Positions 44,901-54,296 of a stretch of DNA of 64,000 bases are shown here, in pieces (position 1 is the stretch's first letter; every line of letters starts with the position of its first letter). This stretch comes from a virus (Duplodnaviria; Caudoviricetes), in IMG/VR virus record IMGVR_UViG_3300037755_000987, positions 23,416-87,415 of that record; one strand, given 5' to 3'. The notes under the pieces were generated by a model. The model saw only the letters and a list, made by a program, of their open reading frames with translations. It had not been told where the DNA came from and made no database searches. A program made the translations under genes and the position numbers.

Positions 44901-47175
44901 GGAGCTGGCGCTCGAGTTCGCGGCCGTCTACGCCCAGGCGCGGCTCCTCGGCGCGACCGAAGCCGAGCTCGCCATCATCCGGGAGGCCGAGCGCCTGGCG
45001 ATCGACGACGTGCGGGCCTCCATCATGGAGACGGTCCAGGAGTTCACCGACGCCGCCCTGGGGATCAGCGAGTACCAGCGGAGCCTGATGGACCTCCAGG
45101 ACACCTTCCGGGACGCGCGGGAGGGGCTGGCAGCCGTCGACGACGCCCTCGGCGGCGCCGGCGGCCCTGAGTCCGGGGCGATCGACCCGGTGGCGTCGGC
45201 CGACGACCAGATGCGACGCATCGTCTCGATCTGGACCGACGGGCTCGAGGAGATCCGGCGGTTGACGGCGGAAGCCTTCGAGGCGCAGCCGGCCGATGTC
45301 GAGTCCGCGCAGGTGCCTGAGGGCATGCGCCGGCTGAGCGTGTCGATCCGAGATGCGGCCGCGGCTGGACGCGAGCTTGGCCTCACGACCGACCGGCTGG
45401 GAAACGAGTTCGACCTCCTCGCCGACGCCGAACGGATCGCCATCCGACAGCTCGGCCACGACTTCATCGGCTCACTCGATGCGCTGGGCGTCTCGCTGCC
45501 GACCGAGGTCGTCTGGGAGCTCGCCCGCGCCGAGTTTGCGCTCGCCCAGGTCCAGGCCGTGTCGGCGGCGATGGCGCTGGCGGCCGCCGGCGCCTTCGAG
45601 GGCCTGACCTTCACCCTGGACGAGCTGCTCGGCTGGATCCTGGGCGCCAGCTTCAACGCCTCCAACTTCGCCCCCCGAGTCGACGTCGGTGGCGGTGGTG
45701 GGGGCGGTGGCGGCAACGAAGCCGACCCGCTGGCCGATGCGCTACGCGACGTGCGCGCCCAGATCCGCCAGTGGCAGGACGCGAAGCTCGACCCGGTGAC
45801 CCGCGAGGTGGTCGACCTGACGCGGACCTTCTACGGCCTGCGTGACGCGCTGCTCGCCGCCGGCGGCTCGACCCAGGACCTGATCGCGCTCGAAGGGGAG
45901 TACGAGGATGCCGTGGCCCGGGTCCTCGAGGCTGCGCTCCAGCCGATCCGGGACGCCCAAGAGGAGATCCGCAACGGCCCGCAGGTCGGCCAGCCGGAGG
46001 CGTACGAAACCCTCAGGGCCCGGTTCCAGGAGACGCTCGCGGCCGTCCAGGGCGGAGACTTCTCTCGCATCCAGGAGCTGTCGACCCTAGCGGTCGACCT
46101 GCGCAACGCCGGCGCCGGGATGTTCGGCACCTCGACCGGCGCCTTCCGCGGGCTGGCGCGAGAGATCGACACCGCGCTTCAGGGCCTGCTCGACGCCGGC
46201 ATCGAGATCGACCTCGAGGGGATCGACCTCGACAGCGAGCGCAACGACACGCTGCGCGAGATCCGCGACGAGCTCGTCCGCCACGGCGGCTTTTGGCAGG
46301 GGACCGAAACCTGGCAGGGATCGGCGATCGGCTACCTCCAAAGCCTCAACCTGCCGATGGGCGACATCGCCGCGATCCTGCAGTCGCTCCAGGCCAACGG
46401 GATTCCGCTCTCGAAGATCGAGTCGATCATCGCCGTGCTCCAGGCCCAGAACGTGCCGCTGGGCAAGCTGCCGCTCATCCTGTCGGCGCTCTTCGACAAC
46501 GGCTTCGACCTCGACTCGCTGCCGGAGATCGCCTGGCTGGCCGGGCAGCTTCACGCCAAGGGCTTCCCGCTCAAGGACCTGCCGGCGCTGGTGGCGAAGT
46601 TCAACGAGATGGGCATCCCGCTGAGCAGCCTGCCGGGGATCTTCGCGGAGCTGGACGCACAGGGATGGGACCTGTCGAGCCTGCCGTCGATCCTCCAGGG
46701 CATTCAGGCGATCCAAGACAGCGCGGTCCGGATCGACGGCAACACCGCGGGCCTGCGCAACATCACCTCCTCCTCGACCTTTGCGCTGACCGCGCCGCAG
46801 CTCGACGTCGGCGGCCGCATCTTGCGCGAGGGCCTGGCTCACCTGCACGCCGGCGAGGTGGTGTTGACGCCCGACCAGACGCGGCACTTCTACAGCCTGC
46901 TCGACACGGCCCGCCGGCCGACGTTCGAGGCCCCGACGTTGAGGCCCCCGACGTCGTCCGTCACGGCGGCCACCGCGCCGCCGCCGGTGAACGTCATCGT
47001 CCCGCCGGCGCCGCGCCGGGAGTCGACCGCGGCCGACCGGGACGCGGTTCGCCGCGAGGAGCGGATCGCCGACCAGATGGAGCGGATGAGCAAGGCGATG
47101 GAGGCCCTGACCGCCGAGCTTGCGCGGTCGTCCTCGAGCGGCAGCCGCTTCGCCGGCGGAAGGGAGCGGCCGTGA
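38947..47175 (+). CDS. Tail tape measure protein (2742 aa)
   Basis: TP901-type motifs (LTAQARELGETTMFTASQAGNAMEFLGRAGF, ANANTDVSQMGE), Ala-rich helical repeats, C-terminal LHAGEVVLT. Confidence 0.93.
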   Translation: MSQQIESLLIEIEAQGADRALGGLERGMGRVGDRAVDLEGKTKRLGTANRGLGSSMAGVDRAMMSQIRQLAVMAAGYIGIHTAIRQVASAAKLFADFEYALAAVEAVSQSTRSEMAALTAQARELGETTMFTASQAGNAMEFLGRAGFKANEILSAMPGLLNLAAAGKLGLADAANIAAQSLRGFNLGAGESTRVADVLASAAANANTDVSQMGEGMVYVAPVAAALGISIERTAAAMGVLSDAGLQSTMAGTGLRRVLSELANPSKAAQVILKGLGLTVAEVDPLTNHLADVVGRLADAGISAADALTIFGDRGGPAMLALTAQAPRLRELTTVLEASEGAAERMAGTMMDTLVGANFELASAIESVKIELGTGLEPSLREAAKELTVFFRGSGDSARDFGTQVGQMVVALVRGFLFVAEHIQVVKAAIVGLLTAFVTAKVGGLLVVFVAWVQGLQQVALGAHMAAAAEAKLAAAAAANSVVLGASGTVADLYAAQMYGVSGAVVTTDTVLDLYDAQLIKTSATQAAATVSAGAHAAATNVVTGATLRSAFATSVFGVALQRLKLAILSNPIGLIATALALLVGVLLLVRARTAEAAEAQDQYAERLRYGTPEIEAQTRAHADLIDRLEEEIRVRREFEALGSSSDARLAQLRPVLGQMEGALDLGDAKSYREAIVEAEKLGVVFQHVSMTGNSALAQLRLQVQALEADTRKSAAGIEESGASINSVYRSMAENVEDTLQAELAGRREQLAILADLESQTADLELRMSKVVPNKEMLPTLNAWARKLAELRGLAADVQSELDATGARIDEQVVPNLENRLGDLFRSGDMAGWEDLIRSVPTDVFEKMFPTENVDTIVGLYTTARERLDAYAKSMEAATRRGEAESEEVAKKREKYRELRQEVDLQILAEQASAAAYGESVRAGQLAVASAELEASARSAVGDLLKQDAELLKERIRLLDEDKQRTSGAANLAALRDLVAAEERVAAARVNGAGATEAAIRANELLLAITEQQTGAHESQLSEIEEAVRAWMKLREAAEFDARTEAVDRRAEQMEALAAAWDVGVAAAQRLRAEQELSNRIHLEAAGAIDTERAALVERIATEARFQAVVNAQSSLEAMRQQVAEMRILAQVRREDFLTEESYQAAVRRGNEAKELRTHLLAIENQRMAAEVALKARAWESEEAYARALAATNIQFAAMSAEAKSLIEIRAKLATQDDRVLDSLKTAQRAWGNFVQGMQRDLAGAFENLFDDGLDSFADFFDQVLSMAKSFVSEWLAYWTIAGGKDLWERFAVGGTAEVTQRAVVDISASQLAEAATAAAAALTGAGGAAGAQMTAGGTAAGGAMTAGGTGAGAQVAVAGAVAGGEFTAGAAAAGSVLIGSSEVAGGGFVVSTTQAGAILIQSAAAAGAQLAAGGAAGGAGSLAGAGGAAAGAGGFWSGAMGGSIAALWPLAVAAAVIIAVDWYNDKQRNKRFTDVGSFGVVDGERRPGGFVGETGKLVEAWEETLDAIEELTGGVVESLPEISLQIRRDGKAVRAYVEGALLGTFKDLGTAAAAALRHALKFADIAGVTDEILQVLRAPAEDIEELMANIAIVQRQIDLSLDLSSFETSVRDFLRTQAAAVKDFERLGVSTKLVWDNTIEGMKRFYDELRGVSLDPDAQARRDLDFINAERNKLAADLERRISEAEFQLLRALEAVSKLAEGLAGRNPEMIALWEQLAAQVPALEALLALLREQLAALPPAMSPEDLAKRGGGGRQRADERQEARERIEELSLLAGGMSDAALAMRNVFVDFDEWAAGARKLGIAEADLAQARLDNLTITERDFGTQFDRRLAGDLGGRALDLIDEYRSAWQEAIEIAKEAARVHGTSFEDELARLGGPVAAAFAQDLSAFFRDELTGLIAAGDVAGLRRLLEVFEGLAGLDLPPELLAIVDGLQAMADEILAAIAAVQAAFGGVEWTEGLDVSGIQEWIDRALGIGDAKAQLRELALEFAAVYAQARLLGATEAELAIIREAERLAIDDVRASIMETVQEFTDAALGISEYQRSLMDLQDTFRDAREGLAAVDDALGGAGGPESGAIDPVASADDQMRRIVSIWTDGLEEIRRLTAEAFEAQPADVESAQVPEGMRRLSVSIRDAAAAGRELGLTTDRLGNEFDLLADAERIAIRQLGHDFIGSLDALGVSLPTEVVWELARAEFALAQVQAVSAAMALAAAGAFEGLTFTLDELLGWILGASFNASNFAPRVDVGGGGGGGGGNEADPLADALRDVRAQIRQWQDAKLDPVTREVVDLTRTFYGLRDALLAAGGSTQDLIALEGEYEDAVARVLEAALQPIRDAQEEIRNGPQVGQPEAYETLRARFQETLAAVQGGDFSRIQELSTLAVDLRNAGAGMFGTSTGAFRGLAREIDTALQGLLDAGIEIDLEGIDLDSERNDTLREIRDELVRHGGFWQGTETWQGSAIGYLQSLNLPMGDIAAILQSLQANGIPLSKIESIIAVLQAQNVPLGKLPLILSALFDNGFDLDSLPEIAWLAGQLHAKGFPLKDLPALVAKFNEMGIPLSSLPGIFAELDAQGWDLSSLPSILQGIQAIQDSAVRIDGNTAGLRNITSSSTFALTAPQLDVGGRILREGLAHLHAGEVVLTPDQTRHFYSLLDTARRPTFEAPTLRPPTSSVTAATAPPPVNVIVPPAPRRESTAADRDAVRREERIADQMERMSKAMEALTAELARSSSSGSRFAGGRERP

Positions 47176-50100
47176 GCATCGCCGCGCTGGCGCGCCAGCA
47201 GGTCAGCCGGAAGATCGCGCTGGTCGAAGTCGACGTCGCCGACGCCGACACCGGGGAGCTGATCGACTTCGTCGCCGCGAAGCTCGGCCGCTGGAGCTCG
47301 CACGGCTACAAGTCCCGGCCGACCGACGATCCGGCCTCGCTCTTCTATCCGGGCCGGATGCGCGGCAACTTCCGGGTCACCTGGAGCCGGGTGGCGGGCA
47401 GCCTGCTGCGCGGCCGCGCCCGGGCCGAGGTGGGCGAGATCGAGCTCATCAACGTCGACGGCGCGCTGCGCGACCTCGCCTCCTACCAGGTGGCCGGCCA
47501 GCCGCTGCGGATCAAGCTGGGCACGACGGGCTGGACCTTGGCCGAGTTCGAGGAGGTGTTCGGCGGCCTGTGCGCGCAGGCCAACCCGAGCAGGAACGGT
47601 CGGCGGGTCATCCTCCGCCCGGTGACCGAGGATGCGCTCTTCGACCGCGAGATCCAGCGCGACCTCTACCTCGGCTTCGACGGGTGCCTGTCGTTCGACG
47701 GCTCCGACTACGCGGACGTCGGAAACCACTTCGCCTTCGGCGCCACCGACAGCTTCGGCATCGACGTGCGGTTCCGGCGGTCGACGAGCGGAGCGGTCAG
47801 GTACCTGCTCGGGAAGATGTCGGCCGCGACCGGGGTGCCGGGGCTCAGGCTCAACTTCGACGCCGCGGACAACCTCGTCGCCCACGTCGAGGACGCCGGC
47901 GGCAACGCCGCCACCGCCAATGTGGCCGGCGCCGCCTACCTCGACGACCGCTGGCACGAGGCGTCGCTGCGGGTCGACCGGGCCACGCAGACGCTGGCGC
48001 TTCTCGTCGACGGCGCTCCGGTCGCCTCCGCGTCCACCGCAGCCGTGGGGAGCCTGGTCAACTCCCAGCCCTTGCTCTTCGGCGCGCTGACCACTGGCGG
48101 CGGCGGCAAGTGGGACGGCGAACTGGACGAGGGGCGCTTCTGGAGCTACGCACCGACCGACGCCGAGACGGCCGCGAACTGGAAGTCGCCGATCTCACCC
48201 GACACGCCGCGGCTGATCGGCCTCTACCCGATGAACGAGCGCGCCGGAGCGGTCGCTCACAACGAGGCGCGGCTGACGGCGGAGGGCGTCCTGCTCGACG
48301 GCGTCGACGACTCGATCGAGGTCGCGCTGCCGGCGCCGCTCTACGACCCGGCGGCGCCCGTGCTGAGCATCGAGATGATGGTGCGCGACGACGGCAGCGC
48401 GACCGGCTTCGAGTACCTCTGGAGTGAAGGAAACAGCGCGTCGAACAACGGATGGGTCGCCCTGCGCAACGGTGGCGCCCTAAACCCAACCAACCTTCAA
48501 TGGGCAGTGACGGCGAACAGCGGAGTGACTAGGTCGGTCACGTTTACGAACGTCCTTGACGGTGGCGGACCGAAACACCTACTGCTCATCGACAACGACG
48601 GCGCCGTGCGCCTCTACGTCAACGGCATTCTGCACGGCGAGTCTAGTTACACGCCGTGGGGGGCCGGCAACGTCACGCTCAGCCGCGCTGGCTTCGCGGC
48701 ACTGTTCCGCATTGCGCCGGCGCTGTCCTGGGGCGGCAACCTATACTACGCGCGGCTCTGGAGTCGGGCGCTCGATCCGGATGAGATTCCGGACCTGGTC
48801 GTCAACCGCGCGCCGAAGAACGTGTCCGGCCTCGAGGTCGACCTGGTGCTCGACGAGGGCGGCGGCGCGCCGGCTGACCACTCACCGAACGCCCGGGTGG
48901 TAACGATGACGGGCGGCACCTGGGTCGACACCAACGCCGACATCACGGGGGCGACGTGGGCCTCGACGCTCGAGGGCCCGCCCGAGCTCCAGGGTAAACC
49001 TAAGCCGACGTCGTTCGGCGAGGTCCCGCACCGGCACGCGATCCAGGTGGACCAGATCCTGCGCGTCTACCAGGTCCACCACCGCGCGATCGAAGGGCTC
49101 GACGGCGTGTACGAGGGCGGCAACAAGCTGATCCCCCTGCACTCCGTTTCGGGGGCGACGATCCAGTTCCTCGCCGGCAAGAAGCGCATCGTCGGGTTGG
49201 GCGGTCAGAACATGCGCCCGCTCGCGCCTGGCCAGTCGGTCACGGTGAGCGGCAGCGCTTCGAACAGCGGCGCGCTGACCGTGGCGCGGGTCGACGAAGA
49301 GGAGGGCCGCTGGATCGAAACCGTCGAAGCGCTGGTGAACGAGTCCCCGGGCGCCAGCGTCACGGTCGCGACGACGACCGACACCCACGACTACGTGCCG
49401 GACCTTGCGACCGGCTCGTTCACGCTGGTCGCTCCTGCGACCCTGCCGGTGACGGCGCGCCTGCGTGGCGACAACGTCGGCGGCTACGTGTCGACCGTCC
49501 CGAACATCATGGAGCGGATCGCGGTCGACTACGTGGGCTGGGACCCGGCGCGGATCGGCGCCAGCTTCGCGGCGGTCGCCGCGGCGCACCCGGCGGTGGC
49601 CTGCTACGCGACGGGCGTCGAGCACGAGCAGGCGGCCGACTGCATGTCGCGGCTCGCCGTCTCGATCGGCTCGACCTGGGCGGTCGACCCGTCGGGCGAC
49701 CTCGAGGTGGATGTCACGGAGCCGCCGCCGGCGTTGGAGGACGTCGACCCCGCGGACCTGCTCGACCTCGACCCGCGGTCGCTGCTGTCGCTCGAGCGGG
49801 AGGACAGCCCGCAGGCGGTGAGCCGCTGCCTCGCCAACTTCCGACCGAACTTCGCGCGGCTCACCTGGGACCAGCTCGCCGAGTTCGTCCAGAGCGAGCC
49901 GACGCTGCGCCAGTGGGCGGAGTACATCACCTCCGAAGGGCTTCAGGTGACGAACGACGACTCGTCGACGGACGAGCCGCTGAACCCGCTGTCGAAGCCG
50001 CAGGACGAGATCGACTGCTACCTGATCGACCGCGCAGCGACCAGGGCGGTGACGGTGCGGCAGTTCGCGCTCCACGGCGTCGACCGGGAGGTCTTCCGGG

Positions 50101-50255
50101 CGCGGATGAAGCTCCAGGGCTACACCGTCAACCCGCGGACGGCGATCGTGCGGCTGGTCGATCCGCGCTGGGCGACGACGGTCGAGGGTAAGCTCTGCCG
50201 CGTCATCGAACGCGAAGGCAGCCGGACGAACACCGTCCTGGGGGTGTGGGGATGA
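47172..50255 (+). CDS. Tail tip/hub protein with two inserted LamG (ConA-like) domains
   Basis: CLSFDG..DY...WDGELDEGRFWS and LLDGVDD...YARLWSRAL; GKPKPTSFGEV; GTGA coupling. Confidence 0.8.
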   Translation: MSIAALARQQVSRKIALVEVDVADADTGELIDFVAAKLGRWSSHGYKSRPTDDPASLFYPGRMRGNFRVTWSRVAGSLLRGRARAEVGEIELINVDGALRDLASYQVAGQPLRIKLGTTGWTLAEFEEVFGGLCAQANPSRNGRRVILRPVTEDALFDREIQRDLYLGFDGCLSFDGSDYADVGNHFAFGATDSFGIDVRFRRSTSGAVRYLLGKMSAATGVPGLRLNFDAADNLVAHVEDAGGNAATANVAGAAYLDDRWHEASLRVDRATQTLALLVDGAPVASASTAAVGSLVNSQPLLFGALTTGGGGKWDGELDEGRFWSYAPTDAETAANWKSPISPDTPRLIGLYPMNERAGAVAHNEARLTAEGVLLDGVDDSIEVALPAPLYDPAAPVLSIEMMVRDDGSATGFEYLWSEGNSASNNGWVALRNGGALNPTNLQWAVTANSGVTRSVTFTNVLDGGGPKHLLLIDNDGAVRLYVNGILHGESSYTPWGAGNVTLSRAGFAALFRIAPALSWGGNLYYARLWSRALDPDEIPDLVVNRAPKNVSGLEVDLVLDEGGGAPADHSPNARVVTMTGGTWVDTNADITGATWASTLEGPPELQGKPKPTSFGEVPHRHAIQVDQILRVYQVHHRAIEGLDGVYEGGNKLIPLHSVSGATIQFLAGKKRIVGLGGQNMRPLAPGQSVTVSGSASNSGALTVARVDEEEGRWIETVEALVNESPGASVTVATTTDTHDYVPDLATGSFTLVAPATLPVTARLRGDNVGGYVSTVPNIMERIAVDYVGWDPARIGASFAAVAAAHPAVACYATGVEHEQAADCMSRLAVSIGSTWAVDPSGDLEVDVTEPPPALEDVDPADLLDLDPRSLLSLEREDSPQAVSRCLANFRPNFARLTWDQLAEFVQSEPTLRQWAEYITSEGLQVTNDDSSTDEPLNPLSKPQDEIDCYLIDRAATRAVTVRQFALHGVDREVFRARMKLQGYTVNPRTAIVRLVDPRWATTVEGKLCRVIEREGSRTNTVLGVWG

Positions 50256-52195
50256 GCGGGGAGAAGACCAACTTCCTCTTCGGCTGCATGCCGAACTGGA
50301 TCGACCTGGAGGAGACGACCCTGACCGCCGGCGGGGAGGTTGCTGGCTCCGAGGTCGACAACCTCAAGACGCAGGACCTCGCCGACACCTGGCGCACGCC
50401 CAACCTCTTCCCGCACCGGACGCGAGTGGCGGTCGACTACGGCGAGACGGAGCGGCCCTCGGCCGGCGCCTTCGTCGGCAACTTCAACCTGAAGGGCGCG
50501 GGGAACTACTTCCGGCTGCGGCGGGGCGAGGACGTCTCGGACGTGAGGCTCTGGCCGGCGTACAACGATGGGGTGCACGCGGACGTCCTGTTGCCGACTG
50601 ATGGGCGGCCGGACCCCATCAACGTCACCGGCTCTCCGTCGTCGTTGCACGAGGACCCGTTGTCGGCCATTACCACGTGGGTGACGCCAACCGACCCGGA
50701 CTTCACCGGCGACATGAATTTCAGCGTGGCGCTACAAACGCCTCGCTCCCCGCTGGCAATGGGGCCGTTTCTCCAGGCGATTCTCGTCGCGTGGCAACCA
50801 GTCGACGTCGCCGTGGTCGGCTCCCTCACGCTCAAGCTTTGGCAGAACGGCGTCGACCAGGGAATCGGGGTCGCACAGACCGGGCTCATCGGTGGGGAAG
50901 CCGGACCGCACGTCCTCGAGCTCAAGTTCGATGCTGCCGACCTCGACGACCCGAGTGGCGCCGGGCTCAGCTTGAGCATCTACTCGTCGGCCATGTTCCC
51001 GGGGCTCGACGGACTGCATGAGATCGGCGGCGTCGTCTGGCACGCCACGCTCGCCAACCGCGAGCACCGAAGCACCGCAGGCCAGACGGGGCTCGAGCCG
51101 GAGGCTGTCAACGCCAACGGAAACGGAAGTCCTCACGGTGGCGCTGCTGTCGGGCAGAACCCCTTCGACCCGCCCGCCGGCGACACGATCGGCGTCGAGC
51201 CGTTGACTGCGACCGCCGTCTGGTCAGTGCGTTGGCGACTCGTTGAGGATGCGGTCGTCGGACTCCTCGCCACTGGTGCAAGTCGACAGACGGTGGCGGT
51301 GCGCTGCGACCGAGGAGGCAGCCCTGGCACTGGCGTTCCAACCGCCCGAGTCGAGCTGTGGCAGAACGGGGTCTACCAGAACGTCTTCGTCGAACGGACG
51401 ATCAGCACAAACGGCAACCACTACATGGCGGCGACCTTCGACGCCGCCGACCTCGACGATCCGACCGGGGCGAACATGGAGGTGCGGTTTATCGGTACGC
51501 CGGACGGCGACACCTTCGCTCGCCTCTACAGCCTCATGTGGTTCGCGCTGACCACCGAAGACGCCTACGAATACGACTCCGGCTACCTCGAGCTCGACCC
51601 CGCGCTGACGGCGCCCGGAGTTGCAATCCCCGGCGGAGTCGGCAAGCCGTCGATCGTTTCGTTGCCGTTGGTCTACCCGCAGAACGAGAGCGGCGAGGTG
51701 GTCCACCTCGCGGGGCGTCACCTGGTCATCGAGTTCTACGCCCGGTCGGCCTACGTCGCCACGGGCTTCGCCGGCGTGTTGGAGTTCACCAATGAAGGGG
51801 GCACCGATGGTGTCGACTTCCTCGACGTCGGACGGCTCGCCGAAGGCCCGGCGCTCTCGGGAATGAAGCTTGACGGCGGCTTCTCGATGGAGGTCGTCGA
51901 CCCCAGCCTCATCGAGGAGAACGACCTCGGCATCATCTGGTCGGATGACGAAGCCACCTACCGCATCTTCACGTTCCGGCTGATCAACCTGCCGAAGACG
52001 TTGGCGCTCTCGTCGTTCTTCGACTACCTGATGCGCCGCCACGGACACACCCGGGACGTGCTGCTGATCATCTTCCCGGAGGACGCGGACTTCCGCCGGG
52101 TCGCCCACTGCTGGGGACCGCTCCGCACCACGAAGCTCGATCACGACCACGGCACGATCTTCCGTGCCGACCTGAAAGTGCGGGAACGACTCTAG
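50252..52195 (+). CDS. Minor tail protein with internal repeated beta domains
   Basis: Position; NLKTQDLADTWRT; repeated LWQNG...FDAADLDDP.GA unit. Confidence 0.75.
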   Translation: MSGEKTNFLFGCMPNWIDLEETTLTAGGEVAGSEVDNLKTQDLADTWRTPNLFPHRTRVAVDYGETERPSAGAFVGNFNLKGAGNYFRLRRGEDVSDVRLWPAYNDGVHADVLLPTDGRPDPINVTGSPSSLHEDPLSAITTWVTPTDPDFTGDMNFSVALQTPRSPLAMGPFLQAILVAWQPVDVAVVGSLTLKLWQNGVDQGIGVAQTGLIGGEAGPHVLELKFDAADLDDPSGAGLSLSIYSSAMFPGLDGLHEIGGVVWHATLANREHRSTAGQTGLEPEAVNANGNGSPHGGAAVGQNPFDPPAGDTIGVEPLTATAVWSVRWRLVEDAVVGLLATGASRQTVAVRCDRGGSPGTGVPTARVELWQNGVYQNVFVERTISTNGNHYMAATFDAADLDDPTGANMEVRFIGTPDGDTFARLYSLMWFALTTEDAYEYDSGYLELDPALTAPGVAIPGGVGKPSIVSLPLVYPQNESGEVVHLAGRHLVIEFYARSAYVATGFAGVLEFTNEGGTDGVDFLDVGRLAEGPALSGMKLDGGFSMEVVDPSLIEENDLGIIWSDDEATYRIFTFRLINLPKTLALSSFFDYLMRRHGHTRDVLLIIFPEDADFRRVAHCWGPLRTTKLDHDHGTIFRADLKVRERL

Positions 52196-52606
52196 ATGCA
52201 GTGGGTCATGAGCTGGGTCTGGAACGCCGACGAAGCCGACCGGGGAGCGCTCCTCCTCTCGTGGGGGCTCGCCATGCTCTGGCCACCCCAACCCGGCGGG
52301 GTGGAGATGGTCATCGGGGCGGTAGCGGTGGCCGACGGCGTCGCCAAGCTGGTGTTCTCGACGACGAGGCTGGGGCGCCTTCGGCCGGGCTCCTGGATGC
52401 GTCTCGGGCTGCCGATCGTGGACCTGATGATCTGGCTCGGAGCGTGCCTGGTCGCCGTCGCCAGCGGATGGGGTGCTGGCTGGGGCGGCTGGGCGTCAGT
52501 CCTCTACGGCTGGATGGCCTACCGCTCGGTCAAGGCGTTCTACCGGCTGCTCACGAAGTACGTCGCCGACCAGGTCCTGGAGCAAACTCACGGTGCTGGG
52601 CGGTAG
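52196..52606 (+). CDS. Multi-pass membrane protein (holin candidate)
   Basis: Four hydrophobic segments; start of lysis region. Confidence 0.55.
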   Translation: MQWVMSWVWNADEADRGALLLSWGLAMLWPPQPGGVEMVIGAVAVADGVAKLVFSTTRLGRLRPGSWMRLGLPIVDLMIWLGACLVAVASGWGAGWGGWASVLYGWMAYRSVKAFYRLLTKYVADQVLEQTHGAGR

Positions 52607-52611
52607 CCGCA

Positions 52612-52968
52612 ATGGATGGCGTGGTTCAGTCCGTCCTCGTGCCGGTCGCGGTGACGACCGTCGCGCTGTTGGTGGCGGCCGGCGGTCGTCTGTTGATCCG
52701 CTACGTTCGCCGAGAGGGCGCGGCCGACCTGCGGCGGGTCGATCTCGACCGAGAAACGCAGTTCCGCGACGACTTGATGGAGGCTCTCGACAAGTCGAAA
52801 GCGGAGGCGGCGCGGGCGTGGGAGCGAGCGCAGATGGCCGAGAGCGACGCGATGAAGGCGCAACGCGAAGTCTGGACACTCAAGGCGCGAGTCGAAGCGC
52901 TCGAAGATCGGGTCGCCTCGCTCGAAACGGAGAACGCTGAGCTGAGAGCGGAACTCGGAGGCCACTAA
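52612..52968 (+). CDS. Transmembrane plus coiled-coil protein (lysis-associated)
   Basis: VLVPVAVTTVALLVAAGG followed by heptad repeats. Confidence 0.6.
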   Translation: MDGVVQSVLVPVAVTTVALLVAAGGRLLIRYVRREGAADLRRVDLDRETQFRDDLMEALDKSKAEAARAWERAQMAESDAMKAQREVWTLKARVEALEDRVASLETENAELRAELGGH

Positions 52969-52969
52969 C

Positions 52970-53512
52970 ATGACCCGTACGGTCGTCAAGGCGACGCACC
53001 CGCGGCTCGAGCTGCTGGGCGACTGGCACACCTTCCGGCTGCTTGAGTCCTGGTGCTACGAGTGGGTGGGGCCTGACGGCCGCCGCCGGCTCCTGCGCGC
53101 GCCGGCGGGCACCCGCACCGATCTCGCCTCAGTTCCGAAGCTCCTGCACTGGTGGATCGGCCCGCCGGATCTCCGGCGCTCGAGCATCCCACACGACCTG
53201 CTCTACTTCTTCGCCGGCAGGATACCGCCCACCTACTTCCTGCTCGACGGCGAGCCCTGCTACCAGCAGTGGACCCGCAAGGCCGCCGACAAGCTCTTCG
53301 CTCGGATCATGCGCGACGACGGCGTCAGCCGGGTCAAGCGCCGGGCGGCGTACCTCGGCGTCAGGCTCGGCGGAGGCTTCGTCTGGGACCGAGCGCGCCG
53401 GCAGCGGCCCGCGCGGATCGACGAACACCACCGCCAGGTGCGGGCGCTCGCCGCCGCCGACACCCCCATCAAGCTCGACATGACGAGCCGCACCGGAGGA
53501 GGAACCCCATGA
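52970..53512 (+). CDS. DUF1353-like protein
   Basis: APAGTRTDLASVP...PHDLLY...RKAADKLF...GVS..KR..AYLGVRLGG. Confidence 0.8.
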   Translation: MTRTVVKATHPRLELLGDWHTFRLLESWCYEWVGPDGRRRLLRAPAGTRTDLASVPKLLHWWIGPPDLRRSSIPHDLLYFFAGRIPPTYFLLDGEPCYQQWTRKAADKLFARIMRDDGVSRVKRRAAYLGVRLGGGFVWDRARRQRPARIDEHHRQVRALAAADTPIKLDMTSRTGGGTP

Positions 53513-54285
53513 CGGTCGACATCCGCACCCCCGCCGATATCAAGCGCGACGCCGACAACGAACGGCTGGTCCGCACCCGCGTACAGCCCCACCTCGCCGC
53601 CGCCGGCGTCTACGCCGGCAAGGTCGACGGCTGGGGCGGAAAGGCCACGGTCGAGGCGTGGAATGAGCTCTTCCCGCCGGCGAAGGGGGACGATTCGGGG
53701 CAGCACCCCGAGCTGCCCGGCTTCCGGGGCGACCTCGCTCGCGTCCACGGCTGGGAGTCGCACGCCGGCAAGCCCTACTGGCCAACAGGCGATAGCGGGG
53801 TGACGCTCGACCCCGGCTTCGACCTCGGCCACCAGACCGAGGCCACGCTGCGCCGCCACTACCTCGAGACCAACATCCTGACCGAGGCAGAGGTCCGCGC
53901 CCTGGTGCCGGTGCTCGGGATTCGAGGCGGGGCAGCGAAGGCAGCGGCGAAGCGGCCGTCCGTCGCCCGCATCAGGATCTCCCGCGCCGCGGCGACGAAG
54001 GCGATGCCGGCGATCGCGGCCCCGTACTGGCGCGACGTGGCGAAGCGGTTTCCCGCGCTACTCGACACGGACACGCCCTCGGCGGTGCACACCGTCTTCC
54101 TGTCGCTCGGCTACAACCGCGGGCCGAACAACCGCGAACTCGGGCCGCTGGCCGTCCAGTTGGCGGCGAAAAACTGGAGCGCGCTGGCCGACGCGATCGG
54201 TGGCATGCAGCAACGCCACAAGACCCCTGGCATTCCGGTCCGGCGTCGCGAAGAGGCGGATCTGATTCGACAGGCGATCGCCTGA
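53509..54285 (+). CDS. Endolysin: peptidoglycan-binding domain plus pesticin-like muramidase
   Basis: QPHLAAAGVYAGKVDGWGGKAT; WES...YWPTGDSGVTLDPGFDLG...RRREEADLI; GGAGG RBS. Confidence 0.82.
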   Translation: MTVDIRTPADIKRDADNERLVRTRVQPHLAAAGVYAGKVDGWGGKATVEAWNELFPPAKGDDSGQHPELPGFRGDLARVHGWESHAGKPYWPTGDSGVTLDPGFDLGHQTEATLRRHYLETNILTEAEVRALVPVLGIRGGAAKAAAKRPSVARIRISRAAATKAMPAIAAPYWRDVAKRFPALLDTDTPSAVHTVFLSLGYNRGPNNRELGPLAVQLAAKNWSALADAIGGMQQRHKTPGIPVRRREEADLIRQAIA

Positions 54286-54296
54286 GGCGCCGCCCG

